The position numbers were made by a program, and so were the translations under genes. A model generated the notes under the pieces. The model was given only the letters and a program-made list of their open reading frames with translations. It was not told where the DNA came from and ran no database searches. Positions 12,032 through 25,006 of a DNA stretch of 64,000 nucleotides are shown here, piece after piece. The DNA comes from Bilabrum cf. latius (lineage: Eukaryota). The stretch lies in contig OZ237758.1 of assembly GCA_965178125.1 (NCBI GenBank), forward strand, positions 868,001 through 932,000, in the 5' to 3' direction. Position 1 is the first letter of the stretch. Each line of letters begins with the position of its first letter.

Positions 12032-14188
12032 TCAGCGCCCCTTCCCCCCCGGGTCCGCAGCCACCCCCGATCCTGCCCCGGCCCCCGAGAGCGCCGCCCC
12101 CGCCTGACCACTCTCGAGCGATTTCAGCATCTTGAAGAGGGACGCTGCCTCCCTCACCTTGGAGAATTCGATGCAGAACGCCTGGATCTCAATGAAGAGC
12201 TCGCTCACGTTGATGATCTGGTGCCGGATGAGGCTCTGCAGGAACACGCAGACGAGCCGCACAAGCCGCGTCTGCAGGAACTTGTCCTTGATGCCCTCGC
12301 AGCTGGAGATGCAGTTGCTGATGTACACGTGCAGGAACTCGGCGGGCAGGCGCTTGGCCGTGGTGAGCTGGTTGACCACCTCCATCCCGTGGAGGGACAT
12401 GTCCATGGTCACCAGCTCAGTGAGGTACTGGGGCTGCTGCGGGGTGTCCAGCAGCCGATCAAGCGCGGCGGTTGCAACCTGTGGGTTGTGTGTGACGAGT
12501 GCGGCCAGGTTCTTGGGGCTGATCCCGCTCTGGCGCACCTTGTCGGGCGAGTCTCCCAGCAGCGCCAGCAGCTTCTCCCTCTCTTCCGACTGGAGGGGTG
12601 CCTCGCACGCTCTGGCCATGAGCGCCCTGGTCCCGTCCGTCTGCGAGGCGGAGGCGCCCATGCCCACGTCCCACAGGAGGGTCGGGGGGACCACCACTCC
12701 CGCGCGCATGTACTCTTCATCTTCAAATTGCAGCACGGGGGGAGGGGGGCGGGACAGCAATGGGCGGAACCCGACCACACCGAGTGGAAGGGCCAGCGAC
12801 CCACCCGCGGCCCTGTCTGGAGCAGGCGATGTAGAAGATGAAGAAGAAGAAGAAGAAGACGAAGAAGCGCCTTTGGCCTTCTCCCCGCCGCTCTTCTTGC
12901 CCCCTTTGCTGTCCCTGTCCCTGCTGCCAGACTCCGCAGAGGAGGACGAGGACGAGGAGGAGGGGCGCCCGCTCTGCCCAGCCACCCTGCTTCCCGCCCC
13001 TCGATCCGATTGTTCCCTGGCGGGCAGGGCCAGCCCCGCGCGGCTGAGCACTGCCTCGGCCACCTCCCTGGCCGCCTCCGAGGGAACAGCGGATGGGGCA
13101 CCCGCCCTCTGGAAGGATCTCCCCGAGCCCGGCTGCATGCGCGGGAGACCCTCCACGGTCAGCGGGCCGGTGGGCAGCGAGGCCGCAACGTCGGAGGCCT
13201 GCCCGTTCGCCGCCATCGCTGCCACGCCGGCCCGCTGGGTCAGGGCTGCCTAGACCTCGGCGGCCGACGTGCCGGCGGGAGGTTCCGCAGCCAGTGCCTG
13301 CGCGGCGCCGGCGTCCATCCCGTGGAGGCCCAGGACTGCCCGTCTGCTGGCGGCGGCCGCCTCCTTGGCCTCGGCGCTGGCCCCCGGTCCGGTTGCAACC
13401 GCTGCCGCGGCCTCTCTCAGCGTCCTCGCTACTTGTTCCCTGGCGAGGAGCGCGGTCTGTCCCTCCGGATCCAGCACCACGGGGCGGACAGAGGCCGCGG
13501 CGGTGGGCATGGGCGCCGGCATGCGCTCGGCGACGGACTGCCGGAGCGGCTCAAGGTCTGGGATAGGGAGCATACTGCTGGTAGATGCCATCATGGCGTC
13601 GATAGCAACTTGGGGTGCCATGGAGGCTCCGGCGAGGGCGTCCGAGGAGGGGCCCGGTCGAAGCCAGCGGAGCAGCAGCTGGCGTTCCACCTCCGATGAC
13701 GTGCTGGTGGGTTCGAGACATCGCAGACAGAATAACGAAAACGGGTTGACCCCTCCAGGCGCATCCGCGTACATGTGAACGAGAGCATGCAGCGCCAGAA
13801 GCCGCTGCGGGGCTGACAGCAAATTGTCCTCGAGCAACGCTACGATCGCGCACCCCAGCCGAAACTTCAAAGCAAGAGACTAGCCAGCAAGTTCATTGAC
13901 TCGCTTGGATACCGCTTCAAATGATTCAGAGGTTCTCTGCGAACGGGGGCAAGCAGGGATACAGCAGGCAGGGCTGATTGGCGACAGTCTCTGCCGCACA
14001 TGCCGTGGCATGGCTGCACGGGTGCAACACGGCAGATCAGCAAAGAATCAAGGTATCGTGGGCTCGCTGCAAGGACTTACGCCAATAATCGTGACTAGCT
14101 GCTCCAGCATGGCATCGGACAGCTTTAGCTCGTCCGAGTCGTCCTGCATCCTGCCGTCATCGCGACGAGTACCGCCTCTTGATGCCAT
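12032..14188 (-). CDS. CNOT11: CCR4-NOT complex subunit 11; exons 14081-14188 and 12032-13936; 2 in-frame TAG
   Basis: C-terminal MDMSLHGMEVVNQLTT...YISNCISSCE.IKDKFLQTRLVRLVCVFLQSLIR...IEIQAFCIEFS is the CNOT11 domain. GTAAGT...CGCAG intron at 13937-14080. TAG at 13880 and 13250. Ends TGA. Confidence 0.9.
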
Positions 14189-14401
14189 ATTCGACAACTA
14201 TGTTATTACTGGTTCGAAGCTTGCCCAAAAACTGGCAGATGCGCGTAGGAAGCGAGAGGACTATAATCGTGTTGCGAACTTCTCACGAACGTTCGAAATC
14301 ATGTTACGCGCACATTTGTTAATCGGATTTGATGTGCTCCGGCGCACCAGCAGCCCCCAAGTCATTTTAGGAGGTCTTCAGCAGCACACCCGCCTGAAGT
14401 C

Positions 14402-16505
14402 ATGGGAGAGAAGAAGCACGTGAACTTGGTTGGTAAGTTTTTATGCATTTACTGGCGGCAAAATCCAAGGTGCGAGCCTGCTGGCGCAGATACGATGCTT
14501 TTCGTCTTTGCACGTGTACTTTGCTCCCACTCGCAGTGATCGGTCACGTCGACGCCGGCAAGTCGACCACCACTGGCCACCTCATCTACAAGTGCGGCGG
14601 TGTGAGTTTTCAACTCGTGCTGTTCAGGTTTGTTTGCTTTGGTATGCTGTCATTCTCGGTGTGGTTGCTGCTTGGCGCGTTGCCGGCTTGCAGTGTACCC
14701 CGACGTTTTCCAGCGATAGAGCTCGAGCATCCGCGGCCCAAACTACCTTCAATGGGTAAATGCATGCATATTTGTTTGATTGTGGGTGTGTGTTTGGTTA
14801 TAGACGCCGTTGGGGACGATGTTTTGGTCACGTTTCTGTGCGGCATCGCCACGCACGACCTCTAGCTCCAGTTTGGGCTTGGCTGCGGGGCTGGACAGGT
14901 TACAGGCGATTGCAGGCTGGTAATGTGGGTATTTGAAGCCAGTTTCTACCACTTTGAGTCGCCTGAAATTCTGTTGGGATCGGATTTGCAGATTCCGTGC
15001 GAGTGACCATGCGGTCGTTCCCTGCCCGATCGATGGCATGTCTGGGCACATGAAGACCCTTCGTGGCTTGTCAAGCGCGTAATAGGTTGCAATGTCACGT
15101 AAATATTACTATTGCGTGGCCTGATCACTCTCCCGCCCGAATTACTTGCTTCCTGAGAATCTTCGACTTGTCAACTTTTCTCTTGCAGATCGACAAGCGT
15201 ACCATCGAGAAGTTCGAGAAGGAGGCCGAGGAGATCGGCAAGTCTTCTTTCAAGTACGCATGGGTGCTGGACAAGTTGAAGGCTGAGCGCGAGCGCGGCA
15301 TCACCATCGACATCGCCCTGTGGAAGTTCGAGACCCCCAAGATCGAGTTCACCGTGATCGATGCCCCCGGCCACCGTGATTTCATCAAGAACATGATCAC
15401 CGGCACTTCCCAGGCGGACGTGGCCATGCTCATGATCTCTTCCGACCCCGGTGGGTTCGAGAAGGGTGTGTCCGCGGACGGCTCCACCAAGGAGCACGCC
15501 CTGCTGGCCAACACCCTGGGTGTGGAGCAGCTCATCTGCGCCACCAACAAGATGGATGCCACGGAGCCCAAGTACTCCAAGGACCGCTTCATGGAGATCT
15601 GCAACGAGATGGCCGTGCACGTGGCCAAGATCGGCTTCAAGCTGCCCAGCTACATCAAGGTGGACGGTAAGAAGTGCAAGATCGACGAGGACAAGTTCCT
15701 GGGCAAGGCTCAGTTCGACCTCGAGAAGGTGGAGAAGAAGGGCAAGAAGAAGGTGCTCAAGCACGTGCGCTTCGTCCCCATCTCCGGGTACGAGGGCGAC
15801 AACATGATCGAGAAGTCCGACAACCTCAAGTGGTGGAACGGCCCCACCCTGCTGCAGGTCCTCGACTCCGTGGAGCCCCCGAAGCGCCCCACCGACAAGC
15901 CCCTGCGCCTGCCCCTCCAGGACGTGTACAAGATCGGCGGCATCGGCACAGTCCCCGTGGGCCGTGTGGAGACCGGCCAGCTCAAGCCCGGCATGAGCAT
16001 CTGCTTCGGCCCCGCCGGCATCGTGACCGACTGCAAGTCTGTCGAGATGCACCACGAGTCCGTGGACTGCGCCAACCCCGGTGACAACGTCGGGTTCAAC
16101 ATCAAGGGTGTGTCTGTCAAGGAGCTCAAGCGCGGATACGTCGCTTCCGACAACTCGAACAAGCCCGCCACCCAGTGCGGCAGCTTCGAGGCCCAGGTGA
16201 TCGTGATGAACCACAAGAACATCCAGCCCGGCTACGCCCCCGTGATCGATTGCCACACTGCCCATGTGGCCTGCAAGTTCGAGTCCATCCCCGTGAAGCT
16301 GGACAAGCGTACCATGAAGAAGGTGGAGGACAACCCCAAGAGCCTCAAGTCCGGTGAGGCCGCCATGGTGAACATGGTGCCTTCCCGCCCCCTCGTGGTG
16401 GAGGGCTACAAGGAGTTCCCCCCCCTGGGACGCTTCGCCGTGCGCGACATGCGCAAGACCGTGGCTGTGGGCGTGATCCAGAAGGTGACCCCCAAGGCCA
16501 AGTAA
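14402..16505 (+). CDS. EEF1A: Translation elongation factor 1-alpha; exons 14402-14432, 14537-14601, 15189-16505; TAA stop
   Basis: Spliced product reads [45 protein letters not shown]...[20 protein letters not shown]...NKMD...[11 protein letters not shown]. Introns at 14433-14536 and 14602-15188. Strong C/G-ending codon bias and no TAG codons. Confidence 0.97.
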
Positions 16506-16779
16506 GCGCTATGTCCGCTTAGGCTCTTGTTGCTCCGTCGGTCCCCTGTTGGCCGGCGGTTTCGACATGTCGGTGTGCCCGGGTCGGGGGTGCGTCTAGC
16601 GGTTGGTTGGGTTCCACTTTGGGACTGGCTCGTGCTTGAATGCGCTCTTGGTTGGCGGCGACATACCGAAAAGAATTCGAATCATAATTGTACACTCGTT
16701 AATAAGGTAACACGAATCACCACAGGCGGACCGCCTCGGGCTAATTAATGGGCCAGAAATACCCTTGCGCTCGGCCGGT

Positions 16780-18675
16780 TCACATCATGTCGCCCTCGCC
16801 GTAGTCATCGAGCAGCTCGACTTCCTCTGCATCCTCCTCATCTTCTTCCATCTCTTCTCCAACGGAATCGTCCTCCTCGGGGTCGGCAGCCTGCGGATAG
16901 CTCGCCATGGCCTCGGCCTCCATCTGGTCCCTCACCTTTGCCTCCAGCGCCGCGCGCTGCTCCTCGGTCAGCGCCGGTTCCGCAGCCCCGTCGCTCCCCA
17001 CCTCCGCGCTGGCAGATTCACCAGCAGCCTCTCGTTCCGCCTTGCGGCGCGCGCGCTCCGCCGCCACCCCCTCTCGGTCCCAGCTGGCACCCGGCCCGCC
17101 CGTCCCGTCCCCGCCACCGGCGCCCTTGCCCTGCCCCGCCCCCGCACCTGCCCCTGCCCCCGGCGCCTTGACCCTTACCCTGTGCAGCTTTAGCGAGCCG
17201 CGCCGCAGCAGCCCGGTCACGGGTGCCAGCACGTCCCCCGTGCCACCCTCCCCTTCCCCGTCCTCTTGTTCCCCAGTGGGAAGCAGCGCCCCGTGCTGTG
17301 CCACAGGGGCGGCTACCAAAGGGCTCGAGCTATCCCGCTGTTCCCCTCCCTCCTCGTCATCCCCTTCCTTGTCCTATGAATACGACACCCGGTCGGGCGC
17401 CGTGCTCAGGGCAGCCTCGTCCCCTGCAGCGGCCTCGAGCACCTGCTCCAGCTGGCTCGCCTCCATGGGACCGCTGGCCGTGAAGGCGGTTACAACCAGA
17501 GGCTGGGCTGACCTGTCCTTGCCCTTGCCCTTCTCGCTTCCCTGCTATTTTGCCTCGTTTTCCTTCCCCGGGGCCTCTTCATTGTTCCCCAGCTTGTTCC
17601 CCAGCCCAGCGGGGGCCCTCCTGAGGAGCAGAGCGAACGTCTCGGCCGATCCCGCCGCCACCTTGGCGCGGGTGGGCACCGAGCGGGAACCAGGCATGGC
17701 CGCTCGCAGGGCAAGAGGGGCGGGCCGCAGCGCCATGGCCACCTGCTTGGTGTCCAGCAGGGCGACCTTGGTGCTGGGGTGGTCCTCCAAGAAGGCCTGC
17801 AGCTCGTCCCTGTCCTCCTTGGACCGCCGGTAGGGGGAGCCAAGCACCAGGCACTGCGCATGGGAGAGGCACCTGCCCAGGTCCTTGCTACTCTTGAGGT
17901 ACATGGGGCGGGTGCGGCCCAGGGGCCCCGCTGCCTGCACCAGTGCACCGGGGGACTTGAAGGCGGAGGGCGGCAGCAGCACGGGGCGCTTGCCGTGCGC
18001 CGCCACGAAGACCCAGGGGTCCGAGGGCCCCGGGGCTGTTCCCCGGGCGAGGACCCGGAGCCGATCGTACACGGTCTGCTGCCCGCTGCCCGGGAGGGTG
18101 CCGTCGCAGTCCATGGTTGCAACCGTGAAGCCGGCCGCTTCCAGCTTGCCCGCCGCGCGGGAGAGCCGGTCCAGACGGCGGGCGGCCACGGAGGCGCGTG
18201 CCTTGCTCGGCTTGCTGCTCCCCTTGGAGTTCCCAGAGGAGGCGCCGGCTGCTCCGGCATTGGGCAGCTCCGGCGGGATCGTTCCGTTCTGGCACAGCAC
18301 GACGTGCGGGAAGCCGCTTTGGAAGACGTTCCTTGTCTGCGCCTCGTTTTCCGTGAGGATGAGACGCACATTGGGAGCTGCCGTTGAGGTGGAGCTCATG
18401 GCAGCTCCGAGCTGCTGCAGAGCAAATGGCACCGTGTACAGCACCATCACCGCGAGCACCAGCAGGCCAGCCAGAGCGAGCATAGCGTAGGTCAATCGGT
18501 CCTAGGAGTCTGAGCTCAGCTTTTTCGGTTCTACGGGCGTGTCCGATATCTCCCTGGTCGGGGCATCAAGCTTCGAGACCTATCCAAACCCCTATTGCAC
18601 AGCATTCGCAGCCGCAGATTCCTGATCCGTCTATCCTGCCTTGTCTCGTCGGTTGTGCCTGTTTTTCTTGCCCAT
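16780..18675 (-). CDS. Single-pass membrane protein with a possible thioredoxin-like region and acidic tail, about 631 aa, 6 in-frame TAG
   Basis: Open from ATG 18675 (MGKKNRHNRRDKAG) to TGA 16780 apart from TAGs. One TM segment (MLALAGLLVLAVMVLY). The fold call from VFQSGFPHVVLC and ATMDCDGTLP is tentative. Confidence 0.7.
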
Positions 18676-20878
18676 GCTCACAATTTATTTGCTAATATAT
18701 ATAACGAAGTATACAAAGTCCGTTGAAGGGGGACGCCAAGCAAGTCGTGAAGGTGTTCGGCATGTGACGAGTGCGCATAGAGCACACAGCACAACAGCAC
18801 TGCCAGTGTTGGCAACAATTTATTGAACCCACACGACACACACTGCGCGTACAGTGGTGGCTCTTGCTCGGCTACAGGGCTGCGATTGTTTACATGCCGC
18901 TTGGAATAAATAATACCGGCTGCGTTAGCTCCTTCAGCTGTGGGGCCTACCAGTGGGCCACAGGCAGGGTTGCGGCAGGGCATTTGGCCAAGCATGCTAA
19001 TTTGGCGACAAATGCGGCCGGAGCATGCAGCAGGCCATGGCCGCATGTGCCACGATCCATAGAATGACGGTATTTTTGGTGCATTAGCCAGGGCATCCTG
19101 TGGTGCATGCGTACATCATGGGTCCACGGAGACACGCCGCCGGAGCACCTAATAATAATTCAACTATCATCACAGTGAGGCAGCGCGTGCTTACGGGTGC
19201 TGGATTCGATAGTGGGTGCCACCAGTGGTGCAGCGCACTGGCAGTGCAGGGGGCCCGTGGTGCCCACGGAGACACTGCATGGCCGTGAGAACCACGTGGT
19301 GCAAACGATACCATGAACCCTCTCCAGGCAGGGCCACCGAAATCGTTGCTAATTGCTGTGCGCTTGAATCCCGGGGCAATCCTGTTACATGTACTCGGAC
19401 ATCAGGATTGAAGCAACGGGGAGCAGAGTTGAGCCGGAAGACGAGGTGGGCGCAGGAGGACAGGTGGTGGAGAAGAACAAGAGGGAGACGCCGACACAGG
19501 CGACGATGGTGCGGTGTCAACAGGGAGAACACAACGGGAGGAGGGGGCTCCAGGTGCCATGCGTGCCATGCACATGGGAGACGCGAGTGGCAGCGGGCTG
19601 CATGGCCAGCAGCACGCAGAGGGCCAACAGGTGGGTGGACAGATGGGGCGCACGGCAGATCCGCCAGGACCGGCGCGTGCAAGCTGAGAGGATAGGGCCA
19701 AGGTCGCAATGCAGGGAGCAAAGCATACGGTCCCTAGGGTGGGGAACAGGAACAGGAAGCCATGTGGCGACGAGGCCAGTCGGGTTGCAGTCGGGTGCAT
19801 TTGGAAAGTGGCGCGTACTTTCGTAGTGCCTGCGTACTGTAGACTACGCTGTGACTCACAGGAATAGAGCCTACCGCATTCAGGTGGGCTGGTGAAGAAC
19901 CAGTCGTTCAGGGTGAAGGCCAGTGGGTACGCGGGACCGGGCAGGAATTTTTCTTGGTTCGCCTAGGTTCAATAGGATCTGGATTCCAGATTCTGGAATC
20001 CTCCCAGGTAGGTAGGTCCACGTGCCGCTTGCTGCTCTGGGTAGGCGCTCAACAACGTTCCGTTTAATCAGCAATAGGATCAAGTAACTCCATGTGTTGA
20101 CGAGCTCCAGCATCTAACAAGGTGGGATTGAAGACGTAGTACCAGGCTAGCAAATAAAGCGATACACTTCAGCTGTCGTGCGCCTACTGCGTCTTTGACA
20201 CGGCACTACGGGGACCAGGACCAGCGCTGTTACAGCTAACGAATTACGCTATATTCAGCTTGAGGTGCTTCAGGCGTCCAGTCTATAGCACCCGGACTTC
20301 TGCTTCAAAGTCAGCTGCGGGTGAATGTGCTGCGAATGGGCAACCCCTGGCAGCTCGCCATCCAGAGAGCCTTCGATCCATAAACCAAGGATTATGAGTT
20401 TAAATGATTAAAATCAATTTAGTACTTGTAGTACACAATATTTTATGGCTTAAGTGTACGTAGTTGCATAGCATGATACTGCGGTACTTTTCCGAGTCTT
20501 TCGACTCTTTCTCTGCATCTGACATCAATAACTTTCAGCGACTCAAGGCCCTGTTGCATGACTGCATTTCTTCATAGCCTTCTATCATGACATACCTGTT
20601 GCGAAGTTTTCATTTCAACTTAGGATGGGTTTGCGTGGATTCAATCCATATTGGATTCAATAGATTGGCCTATTGACCAATACCTCTAGTTGCCGCTCAC
20701 GAATTGATAGCTATAACATAGTTCAGTCGTTGTGATTGTTGAAAGCACTACTGTCTGTTTGCAATCGATGCCATGCCAGGCCAGCTGGAAGCGACCGGAT
20801 TAGGTCGTGGCTTGCTTGGTCCCAGTTGCTAGCGATCTTTCGTGCCACTTCGAGCTTACAGCTTGAAGGTGTGTCGAG

Positions 20879-23800
20879 ATGTCTGACAGTGAAAGAACGC
20901 CTAATGGTGCGGCCGCTGAATTGATCACGTAGCAGCTGAACCACGCGTACAACCCAGCGCTAGCCCACGTGCTGCAGGAGAGCTTGTCTGGGCTCCTGTA
21001 CAGGCTGCAGCAGAACGCCGTCGCTCTTTTGGTGATCGCTGGGTTCTACGCTGCGTTTATTGCGCAAGAGAGGAAAACGTGTGAATCCCTTTTTTTCTGG
21101 GGAGCAATGGTTGGAATCGGGTCGGGTGCGGCAGCCCTGGATGTGGTGGTATACTGGTGCACGGCAACGCATGCCGAACGCAACGCCCGCGGTAGTCGGT
21201 AGTTTTTCAACTGCGGCTGGGGTACCTGCCATACACTTCTATCAATCGCAGCTAATGCATGCATGTATGAGGTATGGTGTGCATGCTGGTCGAGAATCTG
21301 CCGGTTGAGACTCTGCTGCATGCGAAAGCCGGCAAGGGGCAGCTCTGGCTACAACTGTAGGAACAAATGCTGTCCTGACGCGAGAATGCAACAAGTTGAA
21401 GGTCTCCCAGTCTTCTTTTATGTGGACTGCGCTGTTATTCTTCTCCAGGATGTCGCGCTAGTCCTTGGCTCGACCACCCCGATCTGGAGCGACTGCGAGG
21501 CCGACTTGGCTGCCACGCTGCTGGGCCTGGGGGCGCTGGCCTGCGGGATTGCGCGACAGCTCATCTACCGCCAGATCCTGGGTCCGGACGGGACCCGTCC
21601 GGACCTTGGCCCCGATGCGACACACCATGCTGATGCTTCGACGCTTGAGACTGTCGTCACGCCGGTGCTATCTTGGGCGCAGAGGGCGCAGATCCGCGGG
21701 GGCATCAATGCGCAGCCAACAGATGCCGACATGTTACTGGCTGACGAACTGACCACCTTGGTTGGCGAGATCGATGCTAACGATCTGCATGCTGCCATGG
21801 ATGTCAGCCTGCACTATGTCCGGCATCTCAAAGATGCCATGAATGCGAGCATCAAGTAGCTCCAAGAGCGGGTGCGCAAGGCAGCAGAGGCTTAGATAAG
21901 AGCTGAGTCTGCAATCCTTGTATTCAGGACGAAGCACATGGCGCAAAAGTCACGGGCTGTCGGGGCAGCTTCTGCAAAGCAGTCATACCTCGAGGACCGC
22001 CCTGGAGCCAATGTAGCTGCGAATGGCGCCGGCCCAACTCTTGATGTGCCAGAGTTTGTGGTAAATGACACAGCAGCTGCTCACCAATTGCAGCTTCGGG
22101 CCGCCAGACGGCTGGCAGAGGCAGAGGCGAGTGGTGCTCAAGCGGAAGCGAGGCAAAGAACGGTGAAACGCTGGATCAGGAACGCAACGGTCGTAGACGA
22201 AAAGGTTGTAAACATAGAAGCTCAATTAATAGGAGCGGTTGATCTATTCAGGGTAGACGGTAGGATGTTGCTGTCAACAGTATGGAGAGCGGTCACGAAG
22301 CAGATCACCCAACCCATTGCTTCAGCCGGGATTGCTACTGGCTAGCAGCCAAAGAAAGCAGCAAAGGAACTTGCAAGAGTTGCCTCGATACTGGCTATCA
22401 GACTGGTGCAGAACGCATGCTACAACTCGTTCTCGGCCCTAGAGTACAACAACCTTATAGAAGAGTACAACGAAGCACTGCCTCCCCTACACCCTCTTAG
22501 ACTTCAAGTGCTTCAGCCGGTACAGCAAGCTGGGGCAGGGCCGGCGCAGCAAGCTGGGGCATGGCCGGCGCAGCAAGCTGGGGCAGGGCCGGTGCAGCAA
22601 GCTGGGGCAGGGCCGGTGCAGCAAGCTGGGGCAGGGCCGGTGCAGCAAGCTGGGGCAGGGCCGGTGCAGCAAGCTGGGGCAGGGCCGGCGCAGCAAGCTG
22701 GGGCAGGGCCGGCGCAGCAAGCTGGGGCAGGGCCGGCGCAGCAAGCTGGGGCAGGGCCGGTGCAGCAAGCTGGGGCAGGGCTGGCGCAGCAAGCTGGGGC
22801 AGGGCCGGTGCAGCAAGCTGGGGCAGGGCCGGTGCAGCAAGCTGGGGCAGGGCCGGTGCAGCAAGCCGGGGCAGGCCAGATTCAGCCCGTGATCGTCCGG
22901 CAACACCAGATTGTAGTGTCTGCCATGCGTCAAAGGCGGTCCGTGCCGATACGGTATGCTACTGCCCAGCAGAATGCATTCATAGGGGCAGGGCCGGCGC
23001 AGCAAGCTGGGGCAGGGCCGGTGCAGCAAGCTGGGGCAGGGCCGGTGCAGCAAGCTGGGGCAGGGCCGGCGCAGCAAGCTGGGGCAGGGCCGGCGCAGCA
23101 AGCTGGGGCAGGGCCGGCGCAGCAAGCTGGGGCAGGGCCGGCGCAGCAAGCTGGGGCAGGGCCGGCGCAGCAAGCTGGGGCAGGGCCGGCGCAGCAAGCT
23201 GGGGCAGGGCCGGCGCAGCAAGCTGGGGCAGGGCCGGCGCAGCAAGCTGGGGCAGGGCCGGCGCAGCAAGCTGGGGCAGGGCCGGCGCAGCAAGCTGGGG
23301 CAGGGCCGGTGCAGCAAGCTGGGGCAGGGCCGGTGCAGCAAGCTGGGGCAGGGCCGGTGCAGCAAGCTGGGGCAGGGCCGGTGCAGCAAGCTGGGGCAGG
23401 GCCGGCGCAGCAAGCTGGGGCAGGGCCGGCGCAGCAAGCTGGGGCAGGGCCGGCGCAGCAAGCTGGGGCAGGGCCGGCGCAGCAAGCTGGGGCAGGGCCG
23501 GCGCAGCAAGCTGGGGCAGGGCCGGCGCAGCAAGCTGGGGCAGGGCCGGCGCAGCAAGCTGGGGCAGGGCCGGTGCAGCAAGCTGGGGCAGGGCCGGTGC
23601 AGCAAGCTGGGGCAGGGCCGGCGCAGCAAGCTGGGGCAGGGCCGGCGCAGCAAGCTGGGGCAGGGCCGGCGCAGCAAGCTGGGGCAGGGCCGGCGCAGCA
23701 AGCTGGGGCAGGGCCGGCGCAGCAAGCTGGGGCAGGGCCGGCGCAGCAAGCTGGGGCAGGGCCGGTACAGCAAGCTGGGGCAGGGCCGGCGCAGCAAGCT

Positions 23801-25006
23801 GGGGCAGGGCCGGCGCAGCAAGCTGGGGCAGGGCCGGCGCAGCAAGCTGGGGCAGGGCCGGCGCAGCAAGCTGGGGCAGGGCCGGCGCAGCAAGCTGGGG
23901 CAGGGCCGGTGCAGCAAGCTGGGGCAGGGCCGGCGCAGCAAGCTGGGGCAGGGCCGGCGCAGCAAGCTGGGGCAGGGCCGGTGCAGCAAGCTGGGGCAGG
24001 GCCGGCGCAGCAAGCTGGGGCAGGGCCGGCGCAGCAAGCTGGGGCAGGGCCGGTACAGCAAGCTGGGGCAGGGCCGGCGCAGCAAGCTGGGGCAGGGCCG
24101 GTGCAGCAAGCTGCGGCAGGGCCGGCGCAGCAAGCTGCGGCAGGGCCGGCGCAGCAAGCTGCGGCAGGGCCGGCGCAGCAAGCTGGGGCAGGGCCGGCGC
24201 AGCAAGCTGGGGCAGGGCCGGCGCAGCAAGCTGGGGCAGGGCCGGCGCAGCAAGCTGGGGCAGGGCCGGCGCAGCAAGCTGGGGCAGGGCCGGCGCAGCA
24301 AGCTGGGGCAGGGCCGGCGCAGCAAGCTGCGGCAGGGCCGGCGCAGCAAGCTGCGGCAGGGCCGGCGCAGCAAGCTGAGTCAGGTCAAGTCGCTCCTAAC
24401 GGTCGTGTCGTCGTCCGGCTTGGTATGCCGGCACTATCCCGGGTTGCGGCAATAAGTTTTACGGCAGCTGACTATGCAAGCAATGGGGCCAAGGTCCTGT
24501 AGGAGTCCCTGTACATATTGCTCAGCTCAATTCAGCTGTTAAGTAGAGATGGGCGTGCTGTCAAGTTGAGGTCATGGTACTGGGAGTGGGCGAAACAAGC
24601 CAGCAAGGCAGCCATTACAGCGGTCCTAGATCGCATGACTGCTTTTAAGCTGCGCGGTCACCGGGACCTCATCCGCATTCGCGTGAACCGCTTCATCGGG
24701 GCAGCACCAGCCACGCGGTCTGTGTACACCTTCAACCTGAGGCCCATGCTCGAAGAGGCTTAGGGACTTGCCAATGGCATGCCGTTCGAGATCGAGTTCA
24801 AGGTGCGGGATCCTGACCTGCACGACCGCTATGTCACTTCGAAGATTCTAAGAGAGACCACTCCTGTGACAGACCACAGGCTGCGCTGCTACCTGCTCGC
24901 CCAGCCCAAGACGAGTGGCAGTCCCTTCAACGAGTGGTGGAATCCGTACGAGAAAGCTGGTGAGGAGGATGACAGTAGCGGTGACGACACTGAAGAGCCC
25001 GTCTGA
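20879..25006 (+). CDS. Orphan 1375-aa protein with N-terminal hydrophobic/Cys-rich region and a long GAGP(A/V)QQA repeat; 7 in-frame TAG
   Basis: Six tracked ORFs (20969, 21263, 21938, 22406, 24518, 24779) share one frame and are separated only by TAG. ATG 20879 follows an in-frame TGA at 20864. Ends TGA at 25004-25006. Confidence 0.7.
22517..24376 (+). repeat. Coding 24-bp minisatellite GGGGCAGGGCCGGYGCAGCAAGCT in two blocks (about 14 and about 58 units)
   Basis: Visible 24-bp periodicity at about 22517-22877 and 22985-24376, separated by about 108 bp of unique in-frame sequence. Confidence 0.95.

Noticed and set aside
14602-15188. Possible intronic box C/D snoRNA in the unusually long second EF-1alpha intron (ATGAAGA near 15050, CTGA at 15121)
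   Set aside because: Box C is imperfect, there is no convincing terminal stem, and I could not recognise an rRNA-complementary guide. It would need snoscan or small-RNA data.
22487-24378. Alternative-frame ORFs (LLRRPCPS)n and (GRAGAASW)n
   Set aside because: They are shadows of the 24-bp repeat. Only the GAGPAQQA frame is continuous with unique flanking sequence on both sides.
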